Shown here piece after piece: positions 10,801 to 21,849 of a DNA stretch of 41,140 bases; the first letter of the stretch is position 1, and each line of letters begins with the position of its first letter. Location: positions 1 to 41,140 of the forward strand of contig UYFQ01000174.1 of the NCBI GenBank assembly GCA_900617105.1. Reading direction: 5' to 3'. Position numbers and translations under genes: made by a program. The stretch is from Hydrurus foetidus. Its lineage: Eukaryota. The notes under the pieces are model-generated. The model was given only the letters and a program-made list of their open reading frames with translations, did no database searches and was not told the origin of the DNA.

Positions 10801-13800
10801 AACATCACGTGAAACAAGATAACTCACCTCCTAACCCTAACTGAACTCACCTAAACTAACTCTTCTTCGACCTCTATCTGTCCATGATATTCATGTCTTA
10901 CGTCCTCAACTATGTTGTTCAGTGATATGTCGGGGGATGAAGCGATACCCTACATGGCGCTGGAGGTAAATTAGACCAGCATCCATTTCTTCCTTTCTGT
11001 CTTCATTCCCTCACTCTCTAGCCTCCTCCTATCTCCTTCTCCCTCTTCTACTCATCACATTTATATGCGATATCTTGTATGCACTGCTGTGATGCGTGCC
11101 ACTACCTGTCACCTGTCTACTGGTATCTCCTCACGCTATACCCTTACCTTGTCTTGTCTTGCTCTGCCTTGCCTTGCCTTGCCTTGTCTTGTGTTATCTC
11201 TCATTGTCTTGTCTCGTTGTTTTGCACTATCCTGCTCTGCTTCGTCTTTTCTTGCCTTATCTTATCCTCTCTCATTGTTTTTTCTCATTGTTTTCTTTCA
11301 TTGTCTTACCTTGAGCTGTCTTAACTTATTGTCTCTCATTGTTTTCTCTCATATTTTTCTTTCATTGTACGGTACAGGCGGATGGCAGTTGGGAGACGTT
11401 AGAGTGCGGCAGATCCTCCATATCTGGGGAGTACATAGTGGAGGAAGAACCAGACGAGAGCAGACCGAATGGAGTCACCAGGTGGGCAGGAGAGGGAAGG
11501 GAAGGGGAAAAGAGAGAATAGAAGAGAGACGGGAAGGGAAGAGAAGGGCAGGAGAGAGCACCAATGCACTTTATATCATGCATACTTCACTATGCCTTGA
11601 CATGATGTGCCGATAACATAACGTACCATCACACTTACACTTTCCCTATCTGCCCTCTTCCCCTTACCATGACCTACCTGCCCTCCCCCCTCACCTTTCC
11701 GTGTGCGCCCTGGCCACGTAGACGACTAGTGTTTCTTCAGAATCAGAACTTCATCCAGACAGAGGTAAAATTGGTGGAGAAGAGGGACAGTACCAGCTCA
11801 AAGTCACGCAATACGAAGTCAACAGGCAGCAGTAAGGGCAAGAGTAAGAGCAAGGTGTCGAAGAAATCTAAGTCAAACAAAGATGATAAAAAGGGGGATA
11901 GGGACTGGGATAGGGATGAAGATGGGGAGGAGGAGACGGACTGCTGTTCAGGGTTAGAGTTGGATTACACTTATTTAGATGACCACCACAAAGCAGTTCT
12001 ATCCGCAATGGTGCTCTCTCCTGACATCATATCGGGGGGAAGCAAGATACAGCACAAACCCTCCCCCTCCTCCTCCTCTTCCTCCTCCTCTCTCAACACA
12101 GCAGGCAGTTCGTCTGACAAAAATACCCCCAGAGTTCCTTATGGTCTGATAATCGGGTTGGGGGGTGGAGCTATGCCTATGTGTATGCAAAGATATTTGC
12201 CGGGCATGCGGCTAGCAACATGTGAAATGGACGGGGAGATGCTCGGTATAGCCGTTAAATTCTTTGCATTCAAGTGAGTACGTCATGATTGAAGTGTCCT
12301 AATGTCCAGTCCAGTATTGCTTGTGCATCTTATCTTGTCATGCTTGCAGAGCACACATATGCTCACTGCACTGTGTTGACATGGCGTCTTCTTCGCAACT
12401 GCCGAGTGCTAATGTGATTTGATCTGATCTGATCTGACGTATGCAGTGCTATGCGATGCTATTATGTATGTCTCATGACTATGCCACGTCACTTGTCAGA
12501 TGCAATGCGCGTAATAGCGTGATCGTAAGTGAAGGTTTGGCTTTGCTCAGGAGGTTAGAAGCGCGCATAGACATCAATGGTAGAGGACACAAGCCAGAAC
12601 TCCCTGCTGATGATACCGCTAAGACCATAGAAGAGGAAATAGAGGGGGAGAAGAAGGGAGTAAGCAGTGTGGATGCTGAGCCATCCGATGCGCTTGACTT
12701 CCTGTTCATCGATGCGGACAGCAAAGACTCATCCCTCGGACTGTCAGCTCCCCCTAAGGCGTTCATCACTCCCTGTGCGCTGCGCACTCTATATAGAGGT
12801 AAAGAGAGAAGAGTGGAGCAACACCTCTACTTGACTTTTTGATTTCTTGACTTGTTAACACGCCGTGCTCTTGCACATCCCTGGGTGTCCAGTGCAGTTA
12901 AGTCCAGTCACTTGAAGCCAGACTCTCCTTTGAATGAGTCACAGTAGATCTCATTATTTTATCGTTGCTTTTTGACAACGCCTCATTTCCACTTCATGTG
13001 CACCTTATCCTGTTCTTTATTCTTGACTATTCATTCTTTATCTACACCTTATCTTGCTCATCATCTTCACTCTTCAGTGCTCCGACCTGGTGGGATACTA
13101 GCGATCAATGTGGTAGCCCGCACCAGCAGTTTATTGAAGCAGTTGGTGTTGGACATAAAGACGGCCTTCGCAGATGGTGAGGCGGAGGAGGAAAAGCAGG
13201 TGTTACGTGCAATCAGCGGTAATCTTAGCACCAATAGCAGTGTGCTCGGTAGTGACTCTATGAGTAGTGGTGCTGTCAGTGTTAGTGGGAAGAGGGAGCA
13301 GTGTGCAGGACAAAGGTCCCAAGTGCATCTACTGAAGGTGTCCGAGTTGACCGCCAATACCACGCTACTAGTAGTCAAAGGCACCATAGGCAGAGCTTGC
13401 ACAGAGAAGGAGAAGGATAAGGATAAGAATAGAGTGGACTCTGTTAAGACGAATGGAACAAAGAAGAAACCTTCCTCCCACTCTGACTTCAGTCCAAGTG
13501 CGAGCACTAGTCCGAGTGCTAGTAGCCTGAAGTCAGCCAGAGAAGATGCAATAGAGGAGTGGCTTAAGGTGGGCATACAGTCTGATTTCATCTATCAACA
13601 TGTATATGTATCTCCGTGTCTGCCTCTCTCTGTCTGTCTGCCTGTCTGTGTGCCCTCTCCCTCTAGCTTTAGCGCGGTGGCATTGTCCCTCTCCACTTCT
13701 TCATTTCCCTCCGTACATGCGCGTCTTTTATCTCGTGCCACTTAATGTGTCCCATTAAATGTGTCCTCTAATCTGTGCCACCGAATGTGCAGGTAATTGG

Positions 13801-13858
13801 CTTGTCATCCGATCCACTTGAACTCGTAGACACTATTTCTAAACTCAAAGAGGTGTGA
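7873..13858 (+). CDS. METTL13: eEF1A lysine and N-terminal methyltransferase (METTL13/eEF1A-KNMT), 12 exons
   Basis: Motifs: MSLLP..F.SKEYWD.FF, FEWYG, ILIIGCGNS, DKGALDAL, RRLVF..N.N.IQTE, IIGLGGG, LFIDADSKD, LRPGGILAIN. GT-AG exons in phase: 7873-7989, 8100-8263, 8377-8800, 9013-9209, 9700-9798, 10130-10228, 10923-10965, 11378-11481, 11722-12273, 12500-12798, 13078-13568, 13793-13858. Confidence 0.92.
10546..10645. repeat. Intronic pentanucleotide microsatellite (TGTGC/TGTAC/TGTGG/TGTAG)n
   Basis: About 20 tandem 5-mers. Similar (ATGTC)n near 10745-10772 and (CTTGT/CTTGC)n near 11148-11190. Confidence 0.9.
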
Positions 13859-14019
13859 AGGACAAGGGAGGGTTCTGACTGAGACTACTGGGGAGATGAA
13901 GTTTTGTGTATATTGATCTGTCAATATGCTTCATTGCATTTAACATCCCCTCTCAGCCCATTTTTATCTTATCCCTTCGGACTCATAAGTAATATGCCTG
14001 TTACTAGTACCTCATCTTA

Positions 14020-14055
14020 TTGTCTTGTCTTGTCTTGTCTTGTCTTGTCTTGTCT
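14020..14055. repeat. (TTGTC)n microsatellite downstream of METTL13
   Basis: About 7 tandem copies. Confidence 0.9.
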
Positions 14056-14657
14056 GTTGACTTGGTGTCAACATCCGGGCGCCATTCAATCTCAATGACG
14101 CAACACAGGACAAGATGGCACAGGAGAAGACATTAAAGCATAAGATGTGCTTATGAGTATTTCATTGTCACAGTTTAATTGACATTTCCTTTGCTTTGAA
14201 ATCTGAATGTCCTCAATGACAAGGCTCTGAGGTAGAATTATTCCACTCTCACGTTAAATGTGCATATCAGCTTGGTCTACCATTAACTGACTCGATAGAA
14301 AGACAGATTTCGTGTCGTAGTTTCTACGCGGGTTCAACGAGGGTGTCCCGTCTACATATTTTCAGCCGCCATTTTTTTAAAACATGCTGTAAAACAACAT
14401 GCGGTAGTAGGTAATATCACAATAATTTTTGTACTTTCATTGCGAATGTACAGTACGTACTGTACACTGTGCGCCCTCAAGGGAAGAACCTCTCTAAGAC
14501 TATGGCTGTGTGCTGTGTGCCCGATTCGATTGCTTCATTGAACTTTACAACTCAACACTCGTCTCAACTTGTGACTTGACGATTGCTTCCGAAAAACAGA
14601 TCATCAAGACATCTTCTTGGCTTGCTGGTGGCTGAAATTTTCTATTCTGTCAGAATC

Positions 14658-15386
14658 ATGGAAGCCAATGTTGGTCAGATGCAGCAGTCGTCAGTCTGGA
14701 CGAAGAATACAGCTGACCATCCATTACAGACTGCTTGGGCTTTCTGGTACGACAAAAAACAAGTTAAGAAGACAGATGAAACCGAATTCAGGAACAAGCT
14801 GCACAAAATTGGATCATTTGACACTGTGGAATCTTTCTGGAAGCTGTACCTATTTCTCAGGAGGCCTTCAGTTCTTGAAATGAACATGAATCTTTACCTA
14901 TTCAGAGATGGGCCAAATATAGCCCCTATGTGGGAGGCATTTCCAAGGTAGGAAGCATGTGATTTCCTTTATTTGAGGGCACCAATCTTAATTTTAATCG
15001 CTTCATGATTTTGAAGAGGAGGATGCTGGATTTTGAAGATAAAGAAGAAACACGGAGGCGGCGCTAGCGTTCTTGGGAAAATGTGGCAGGATATGGTACT
15101 TGCCGCTATAGGAGAGTGTTTTGAGGAGCCTGATGTCGTCGGGATCACCATTTCAATTCGGAAAAACGACGACTTGATATCTGTGTGGAATGCGGACAAT
15201 AGAAATGATGAGATCAGATTCCGCATCGGAGAGAAAATGAAAGAAATTCTGGACTTAGAGGCATCAACCATTATTGAATACAAATCGCATGCTGTGTCCA
15301 TGCAAGATATGAGCACTTTTAGAAATGCGAAGGCATATGTATTTGCCGCAGCGTCAGAACCGCATCAAGCATTAGCACACGCTTGA
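14658..15386 (+). CDS. eIF4E: Eukaryotic translation initiation factor 4E family protein, 2 exons
   Basis: Motifs: HPLQTAWAFWYD, FDTVESFW, LFRDG..PMWE, GGCW, W.DMVLAAIGE.F, ISVWN. Exons 14658-14947 and 15017-15386. Confidence 0.93.
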
Positions 15387-16009
15387 CAAGTAGTGTGAGC
15401 GCGATATGAATCTTACACCAGTTTAGTAATTTCGCACTTATAAGAAACCAAGTTTACTGGACTCACAGATTTTTTCTGTGTCGGTGATATTCCGGGAGGG
15501 ATCGCCGTTTGAATCTTTTTTCCTGAACAGTTTTCAAAGACTCAGTAGTGGTGTCAGATTTTAGCAGACGATTTCAGCAGGAAATTCATTACATGTAGAG
15601 CGTCTTGACAAGCAGTGAATATTGTCTGGTAGTAATTTTGTAGGTGTAGTTCATGAAGTCAGTTTGAGGGTCCGAAAACGAACTCTCAGTGGGACACCCA
15701 CAAGTACACCGACATCCTGCGCCAGACCATTTCATTGATTATTTCAAATTGGAATGACTGGTGAATATCTTCTTGGCACACATCAAATATTTCGACAGCT
15801 ACAGTATTCCCCTTATCGTCGAAGGTCTAAAGCGGAAAAAACTAATGTTGGGTTTCAGGATCCACAGTCCGCATAGTGCGACACTTGACTTTTTCATTTT
15901 TCATGTCATAGTCCGTTACCAATATAAATATCTAACCTGATTCATCGAGGTCAGTGACTCGAATACAAACGCAATAAGCAGGTAAAAGTTCATACCGACC
16001 ACATCGAAA

Positions 16010-16519
16010 ATGAGCAAGAAGGTGGTTTCGGTTGAGTACGGCGACTCAAAATCTCTTTTCAATGAAGACTTTCGGAGTCAGCATCGAATAGCCGTGCGCT
16101 GCAGCAACGCAAAGTGTGATGATCTGGAGGTAAGCGAAACACGTTTTGCCCGCGTCTGTATTACAAATTCATGTTAATGCGTAGTCCACTTCCTCTTCCA
16201 GCGCCTGGGACATCTCCAAGGCGAAGAATGCAGCCTTGAACAGGATTCTGACCAGATGATATCGTGCATGGAGTCGACATCTCTGCTGTCACCGATTGAA
16301 CCATCTCTAATCTCATCGTTGGACTCTGAATGCCATTATCTCGACGAGAGGGAGGATCAGTCAAGACCACTCTTGACGAAGACAATCTGCTACACTCAGA
16401 GCGGAATGTTCTCTGCCGAGGGCGGAATTTTCTCTCCCGTAAAGGATGCCAATGTGTACATGATGACGCAGTCAATGATAGACACTTTCTACTGGCTCAG
16501 TCGAGCTTATTCGAAGTAG
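16010..16519 (+). CDS. Hypothetical protein (~145 aa), 2 exons
   Basis: ATG at 16010; strong GAG|GTAAG donor after 16129; pyrimidine-rich CAG acceptor at 16201 joins in frame to the 16256-16519 ORF. No recognisable domain. Confidence 0.5.
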
Positions 16520-17498
16520 ATGATCATCCAGAATAACCTGAATTATTGTGGCAAATACCTCTAGACTATTACAATGGCGATTATCGACTAACGGGTGATA
16601 AATGTGAGTATTTTTGTTTAGAAGAATATGGACGAGAGAGAAGATTGGATAAGTCTCCGATGAATTACACCTTCTTGATTGATAAAACGGTTTACAAAGT
16701 ACTGCCTCAGAGGCTTCTTCGCTTTACTGTTCCACTTAAAATGAAAAGGCACGGATGGGAAGTGGTCATGAGGTTTGAGATCCTGTATAATAAGCAATGT
16801 ATCTATTATATATAGCGGTATTGCGAGAAATTATAAAATGTATAAGTCTCTATTGCGAGTAAATAAATAAAATTGAGTGGATTAGGATAAAGCAGGAAAT
16901 CATTTCAGGGTACATTTATTGCCTGAGGTGTTAGGAGTATGAGGCTGTCAGACATCAAGACATGGAGAATATGCCAGATTGTACAGCTCTTTCATGTGAG
17001 GAACGGACAGAAATAATTGAGTATCGTACTGTAAAATGATTCCACGCTTCTTATTACTAAGCATGTCATGTCACTTCTTGCAATTTAGGGGACGATGATA
17101 TTGGAATTCTTTGAAAGAGGATATGGTAAACAGGATGACAAATCCGACAGCAATTCTGTGCTGTAATCACTTCAATCCTGGCAATCGATCACAATTTTTA
17201 TCTTTTTATCTATTTTCCTCTCTTTCATCTTCATATCAACGGGGTATCAAAAGGAGACGTCAAAGTGCCCCCTCTCCTTTTAATACCCCCTTCTTGTTCA
17301 TATCATCATGTTCTTCATGTGGTTTCCCAAACAAGTAGGGACGGAAAAAATGCCAAAAATCAGTATATGCCTGTCAAAAATACCAAATATCACTCTTGTC
17401 ACGAAGTCACAAAACGAATCAAGAGGGCAGAGGCAGCAGTCAATTTTCGAGTCGTTGGTACAGCTGTTGATCAGTAAACATAAGCTTTTAAAACTGCA

Positions 17499-19998
17499 AT
17501 GTCAGGGGTACGAAGCCGCAGATCAGCGGCCCGTGATGAAGACAATGCTGATCTGTACTCCTCATCCCTCATATTTGGAAACGTTGGCGGTGGGGTGAGA
17601 CTATCACAACTTCTTTCGCTGAGCTTTGCGTGGGCACATCAGCCACCAACTATCGAATCCAAGCAATCTTCGTCATGATTTGGACGATGCAGCACTCCCA
17701 CATCGCTGATTCACTCATCTTCTTTGCAAACTACTACTTAGGCTTCAGCGCAGCAGCAGTCGTCCTCGACATCCTACAACCCTGCTAGCACACCTTTTTT
17801 GCTAGATGGTAGTAGGGGCTCCCGTAGACTCCCATTAAGCTCCTCGAAGTATGTAAAACATCCGGATATCAACACCTGTTCTAGCCTGCGATTATCTTGA
17901 TGTGTTATCGTTGTGTGATTTCAAAATATTCACCAACAATTCCAGGCAGTCAACAGGTCAAGCTCCAGCTGAGTATCCAACTGAGAACCAATATAACAGC
18001 ACTTCAGGAGCGACTAAACCAGTGAGGAGTAATAGACCACCTATAACATCTCTACTCGAGAGACAGGCTGGTGGTGAGTTAGAATAATCACGAACGATTG
18101 AGGTTTCCATTATTGGTGTCTTGCGGAAGATCCATTGATGATTGATGAGCAATGACTCCACATAATCCAGTATTAATCGAACAGTGCAGATAAAAACACT
18201 ATATCTTTCACTGATTGCATGGCCACTCACTGCTGTGTCATTTCTGTGATGCGAATTGCAGGATCCATGGACTTTGATTCCGTCCGGTCCCCCAACCCGA
18301 ACATGATGGACACTAACCGTGACATGTCCACTGGTAGATCGCCTTATCAGTCAGACAGGGGCATGGGGATGGGAGATATGTCCTTCAGTCCCGATGCTGC
18401 TCGATTCTCAGGAGGGTTCTCGAGGGAACATGCTGTGGACTCGGATGGAGCAACGAGAGGATCACAAGGGAGCGCTAATGCTCGCACATTCGGAGGTCGC
18501 TACGCCGTTGAAAATGATCAGAGCAACGCATACAGATCTTTCAATGGGGCAGCCAATAGTGATGAGGGCGGTTACGGCAGCAGTGTGACCCCCTTTAGGG
18601 CTAGAGAGGACAGGGGGGATTCCAGCAGGTCCAACTACTCTGCAGGACCCTACCCTGCTAGTGCTGACAGAATGACGGAGAAGCATGGCAACATGGATAG
18701 TGAGAGAGGAATGCGTGCAGCATCGAGCTATGGGAGGATGGGGATGATGATCGGGACGAGCAGTGAACATAACGGAGGGAAAGCGCTCAACCACCTGGTA
18801 AGTGAGAGGAAGGAAACAGCAATAATGGACTAGCGTGATCACCAGTAGTGCAATCGATAAATTTCATTGTGCAGGAAGTCTCTCTGATAAAGTTGAACCA
18901 ATATTACAATTTGTTCTGAACAGCTTTAGTCTCAACCATGCATGATACGACATGGCATGATATGGCATGTATAGAACCGATGGTGCCCCGTGATCTTGTG
19001 TACTCATCTTCTACACTATTGTACGTAGGACGCGTCACTGTTGATGTGGGTAGTTGTGTCTGGTGTCCCAGTAGGATCCTCTTCAGGTACAGAGAGCAGC
19101 AGCAGCGTCAGCAAAGTCCTCATGCGCATGCAGGCATTCGGCACAGTAGTGGAGCACAGGATATTTGCGGGCAACTCCATTGTCGTCAGGTGCATTTCAT
19201 TTTCTGACTTGTCTTGACTAGTTGTTTCTCGTTTTGTTTTCACCTGTTTCAGAGATTATTAGTGACAATGCTACCGATGTGTATCGTACTGTATTGTACA
19301 TTACTGAATTGTACTGTGTCATAGTACACCACATAACATCATGCAACATCATATCATACTGCTCTACACTACGCTAAACAGTACTATATCGCGCTGTACT
19401 GCACTGCCTTCTCACTCGATGCCTCTCCTTTCCATACAATGACCCTTGAAGATACTCCTCGCCCTTCGAGGCAGAGAGGGCGGTAGCAGAGCCCATATCA
19501 TTTCTGGGCACTGCGCTCAACGGCCACGTGATGCTCTCCTTCACCCAGCTGAACGCTCAGATAGCACGATCCCTGGGCCTTGAGATAGATGCCAATGGGG
19601 GTCTCATCATGAGTGGCGATGGGGGGGATGGGGACGGACAAGGGACCACCTCCCCCTTCCCAACCACCAGGCACACGCAGAGACACAGCAGGGCAGACAA
19701 GCCTCACGGTGCGGGGCTCGAGCTCAGGTGAGACGCTTGACTTCATCTCACAGTCTCTTCCTTCTCATCAGTCCTGATCAGTATATGGACTTAGCGACAG
19801 ATATGTGTGACAGTTGTCAGTCGACAAGCGTACCAATCATGTGTATAACCGCAAATGTTGCCCCTTTCCCGCAATCATCGCAGGGGTCATCTGGCCAGTC
19901 GGGAGGAACCAGTCAGCACAGACCTGTACTTACGACCACCCAAGAAAAGGGCGGGCAATATCTGCAGTAGACTAGTGGAGTACATCTTCTCCTACTGA
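17499..19998 (+). CDS. NUP35: Nucleoporin Nup35/Nup53 (MPPN-type RRM), 7 exons
   Basis: The spliced product has RPPITSL, an RRM (WVVVSGVP...MQAFGTVVEHR...GNSIVVRYSSPFEAERAV) and a C-terminal amphipathic helix (ICSRLVEYIFSY*). Approximate exons: 17499-17594, 17742-17848, 17946-~18073, 18262-18797, 19029-19189, 19452-19727, 19884-19998. Confidence 0.8.
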
Positions 19999-20702
19999 CG
20001 CACTTACGCTATCGACCCACTCCCACATCGAGTGACAGCTATTACATGAGTCAACTATCATTAATCAGTGAAATATGTCCAGTAGAATGTGTCAAGCATA
20101 GAAGGGTTTGCGAGCGTTGACAGATTTTGTTGCATTAAAGCGACTCCATAGATAGCTAACAACGCTTTAACCCAGCTTGAAGATAATTGATGTCGTCATC
20201 CTAATTGTCGAGTTTCTTCATGACTTCGAAGATTCGAGTATCGGTAGATGACAGAGAGAGTAGCAGAAGTGCAAAGCAGGAAAACACGAAGACACATCTA
20301 GTAATGGCTTGACGATCGGAATCAGATTTGATCGTCATGTGTTGAGAAGACTACGTGCGTACAGATTGTACTGTAGTGAGCGCAAAAGCGCAAAATTATT
20401 TACAGTAGGCAAATAAAAGTCCGTGTGTGGAGATAAGCAAGATTCGCATAAATGTGACCGCAACAAATCTGACATCGTGAGTTGGAATGAAGATGTAACA
20501 GCACACTGAGACAGTCTTACAGACTGCGATAGGAGTATATAATCACAGAAAGAAGTCACTGATTTGTGGAGTCATGTGCAACCCGTATCTTAATTGAGGT
20601 TGGGATGGAATTACGAAAGTAATATGATGCCTTCGCACGACCCATCAGAACAAATTTGGCTCGTCCTGGGAACTGCAGGAATAATCATGATCAGTAAGTC
20701 AT

Positions 20703-21017
20703 CTACACTGGCATGTACTGTGCTCTACTAATTGCGCTTGGTCTCAAAAATAAAGCAAAAGCTACAGCTGCAATTATGACGAAGAACGCAGTTATGGCCT
20801 GAATGCCCACCCATCCTGTCCCACTAGGATTGCTGTTTGATGAGATTGAAGACAGTCCCCTGAACGAATTTGAGTAATTAATCCGGTGTGAGCCGGCATA
20901 AATATCTGGGGGCTTCGTATCTACAATTTCTGATGCCGATTCGAAGGATTCACCATGTGCCATCCTGATCGAGAGGAAGCTTAACGTAAGGATACCACAG
21001 CTGTAAATTGATCCCAT
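20703..21017 (-). CDS. Small hypothetical membrane protein (signal peptide plus C-terminal TM helix)
   Basis: MGSIYSCGILTLSFLSIRMAHG is signal-like; hydrophobic IQAITAFFVIIAAVAFALFL is followed by a short tail ending YMPV. Confidence 0.55.
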   Translation of the reverse strand: MGSIYSCGILTLSFLSIRMAHGESFESASEIVDTKPPDIYAGSHRINYSNSFRGLSSISSNSNPSGTGWVGIQAITAFFVIIAAVAFALFLRPSAISRAQYMPV

Positions 21018-21267
21018 CGTCAGAAATTTAGGAGCCGGGTACCATTTTACCATTTGGCGAATGCACCTTTTGTTGCGTTGGTCGGACCTCAATAATTTTA
21101 CTTATTATTGAGGCCTTCGATGATAAATGATAACCTATGTGAACGGCAGCAGATCAAGAGATGCACCATGCAGGCCCCCAGAGTGCGTTGGGTTCAGTTG
21201 AGTTGTGGAAAAAACAAATAACGCGGTTTCAGATCCTAAATCCAAGCTAACCCCTTGATTCCTCTGA

Positions 21268-21670
21268 TCTTGGTAAAACCGTTCCTTTAGGGATAACTGA
21301 TCCCGGTACTGAACTGGTAGGTTGCTAGTGATTCGTTGAGAATACACCCTGTGAAATGCAAGCCTAGCCAGAGCAGCAGAAAAGTCAACTAGTGTAGGTA
21401 TAATGACGTGATGTCATATAGTCTCTTTTAATAAGAAGTGGTTAGCATGTCAAAACATCCACTTCATCAGCTGTATACTAACTGCTAGTATGCTACTTGG
21501 TGTGATTCATCACTCCAACATTTCATTCCTGATGTGACCGCGGGTTGGTGTATAGTATCAACCGGTCTACAAGGAATCATAAAACGTATGCCTAAGCTAC
21601 AACTATCCGGACTGGATATCGCTCATGATATTATCCCCAAAGGGATTCCTAGTCTACGCATATCCCAACA
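21268..21670 (-). repeat. 3' LTR of the copia element
   Basis: Copy of 26234-26636; preceded on the minus strand by a short PPT, AGGGGTG (21671-21677). Confidence 0.95.
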
Positions 21671-21849
21671 CACCCCTAATGTCATCGACATTCAGTCACA
21701 TGGTTGTTTAGGTATCATGCAAATTATTTATCATCACATGGTCTTAAAACGTGGTAATTATCATAACTAATATAGGTTTCTGCGTAGTTATCATCATAAC
21801 CATATAGTCAAAAATCACGGTGACTTTTTGAGTGTGAGATAAAGAGATG

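Noticed and set aside
10458..11616. ORFs with TTAQH and CLALP repeats
   Set aside because: These are translations of intronic microsatellites in METTL13.
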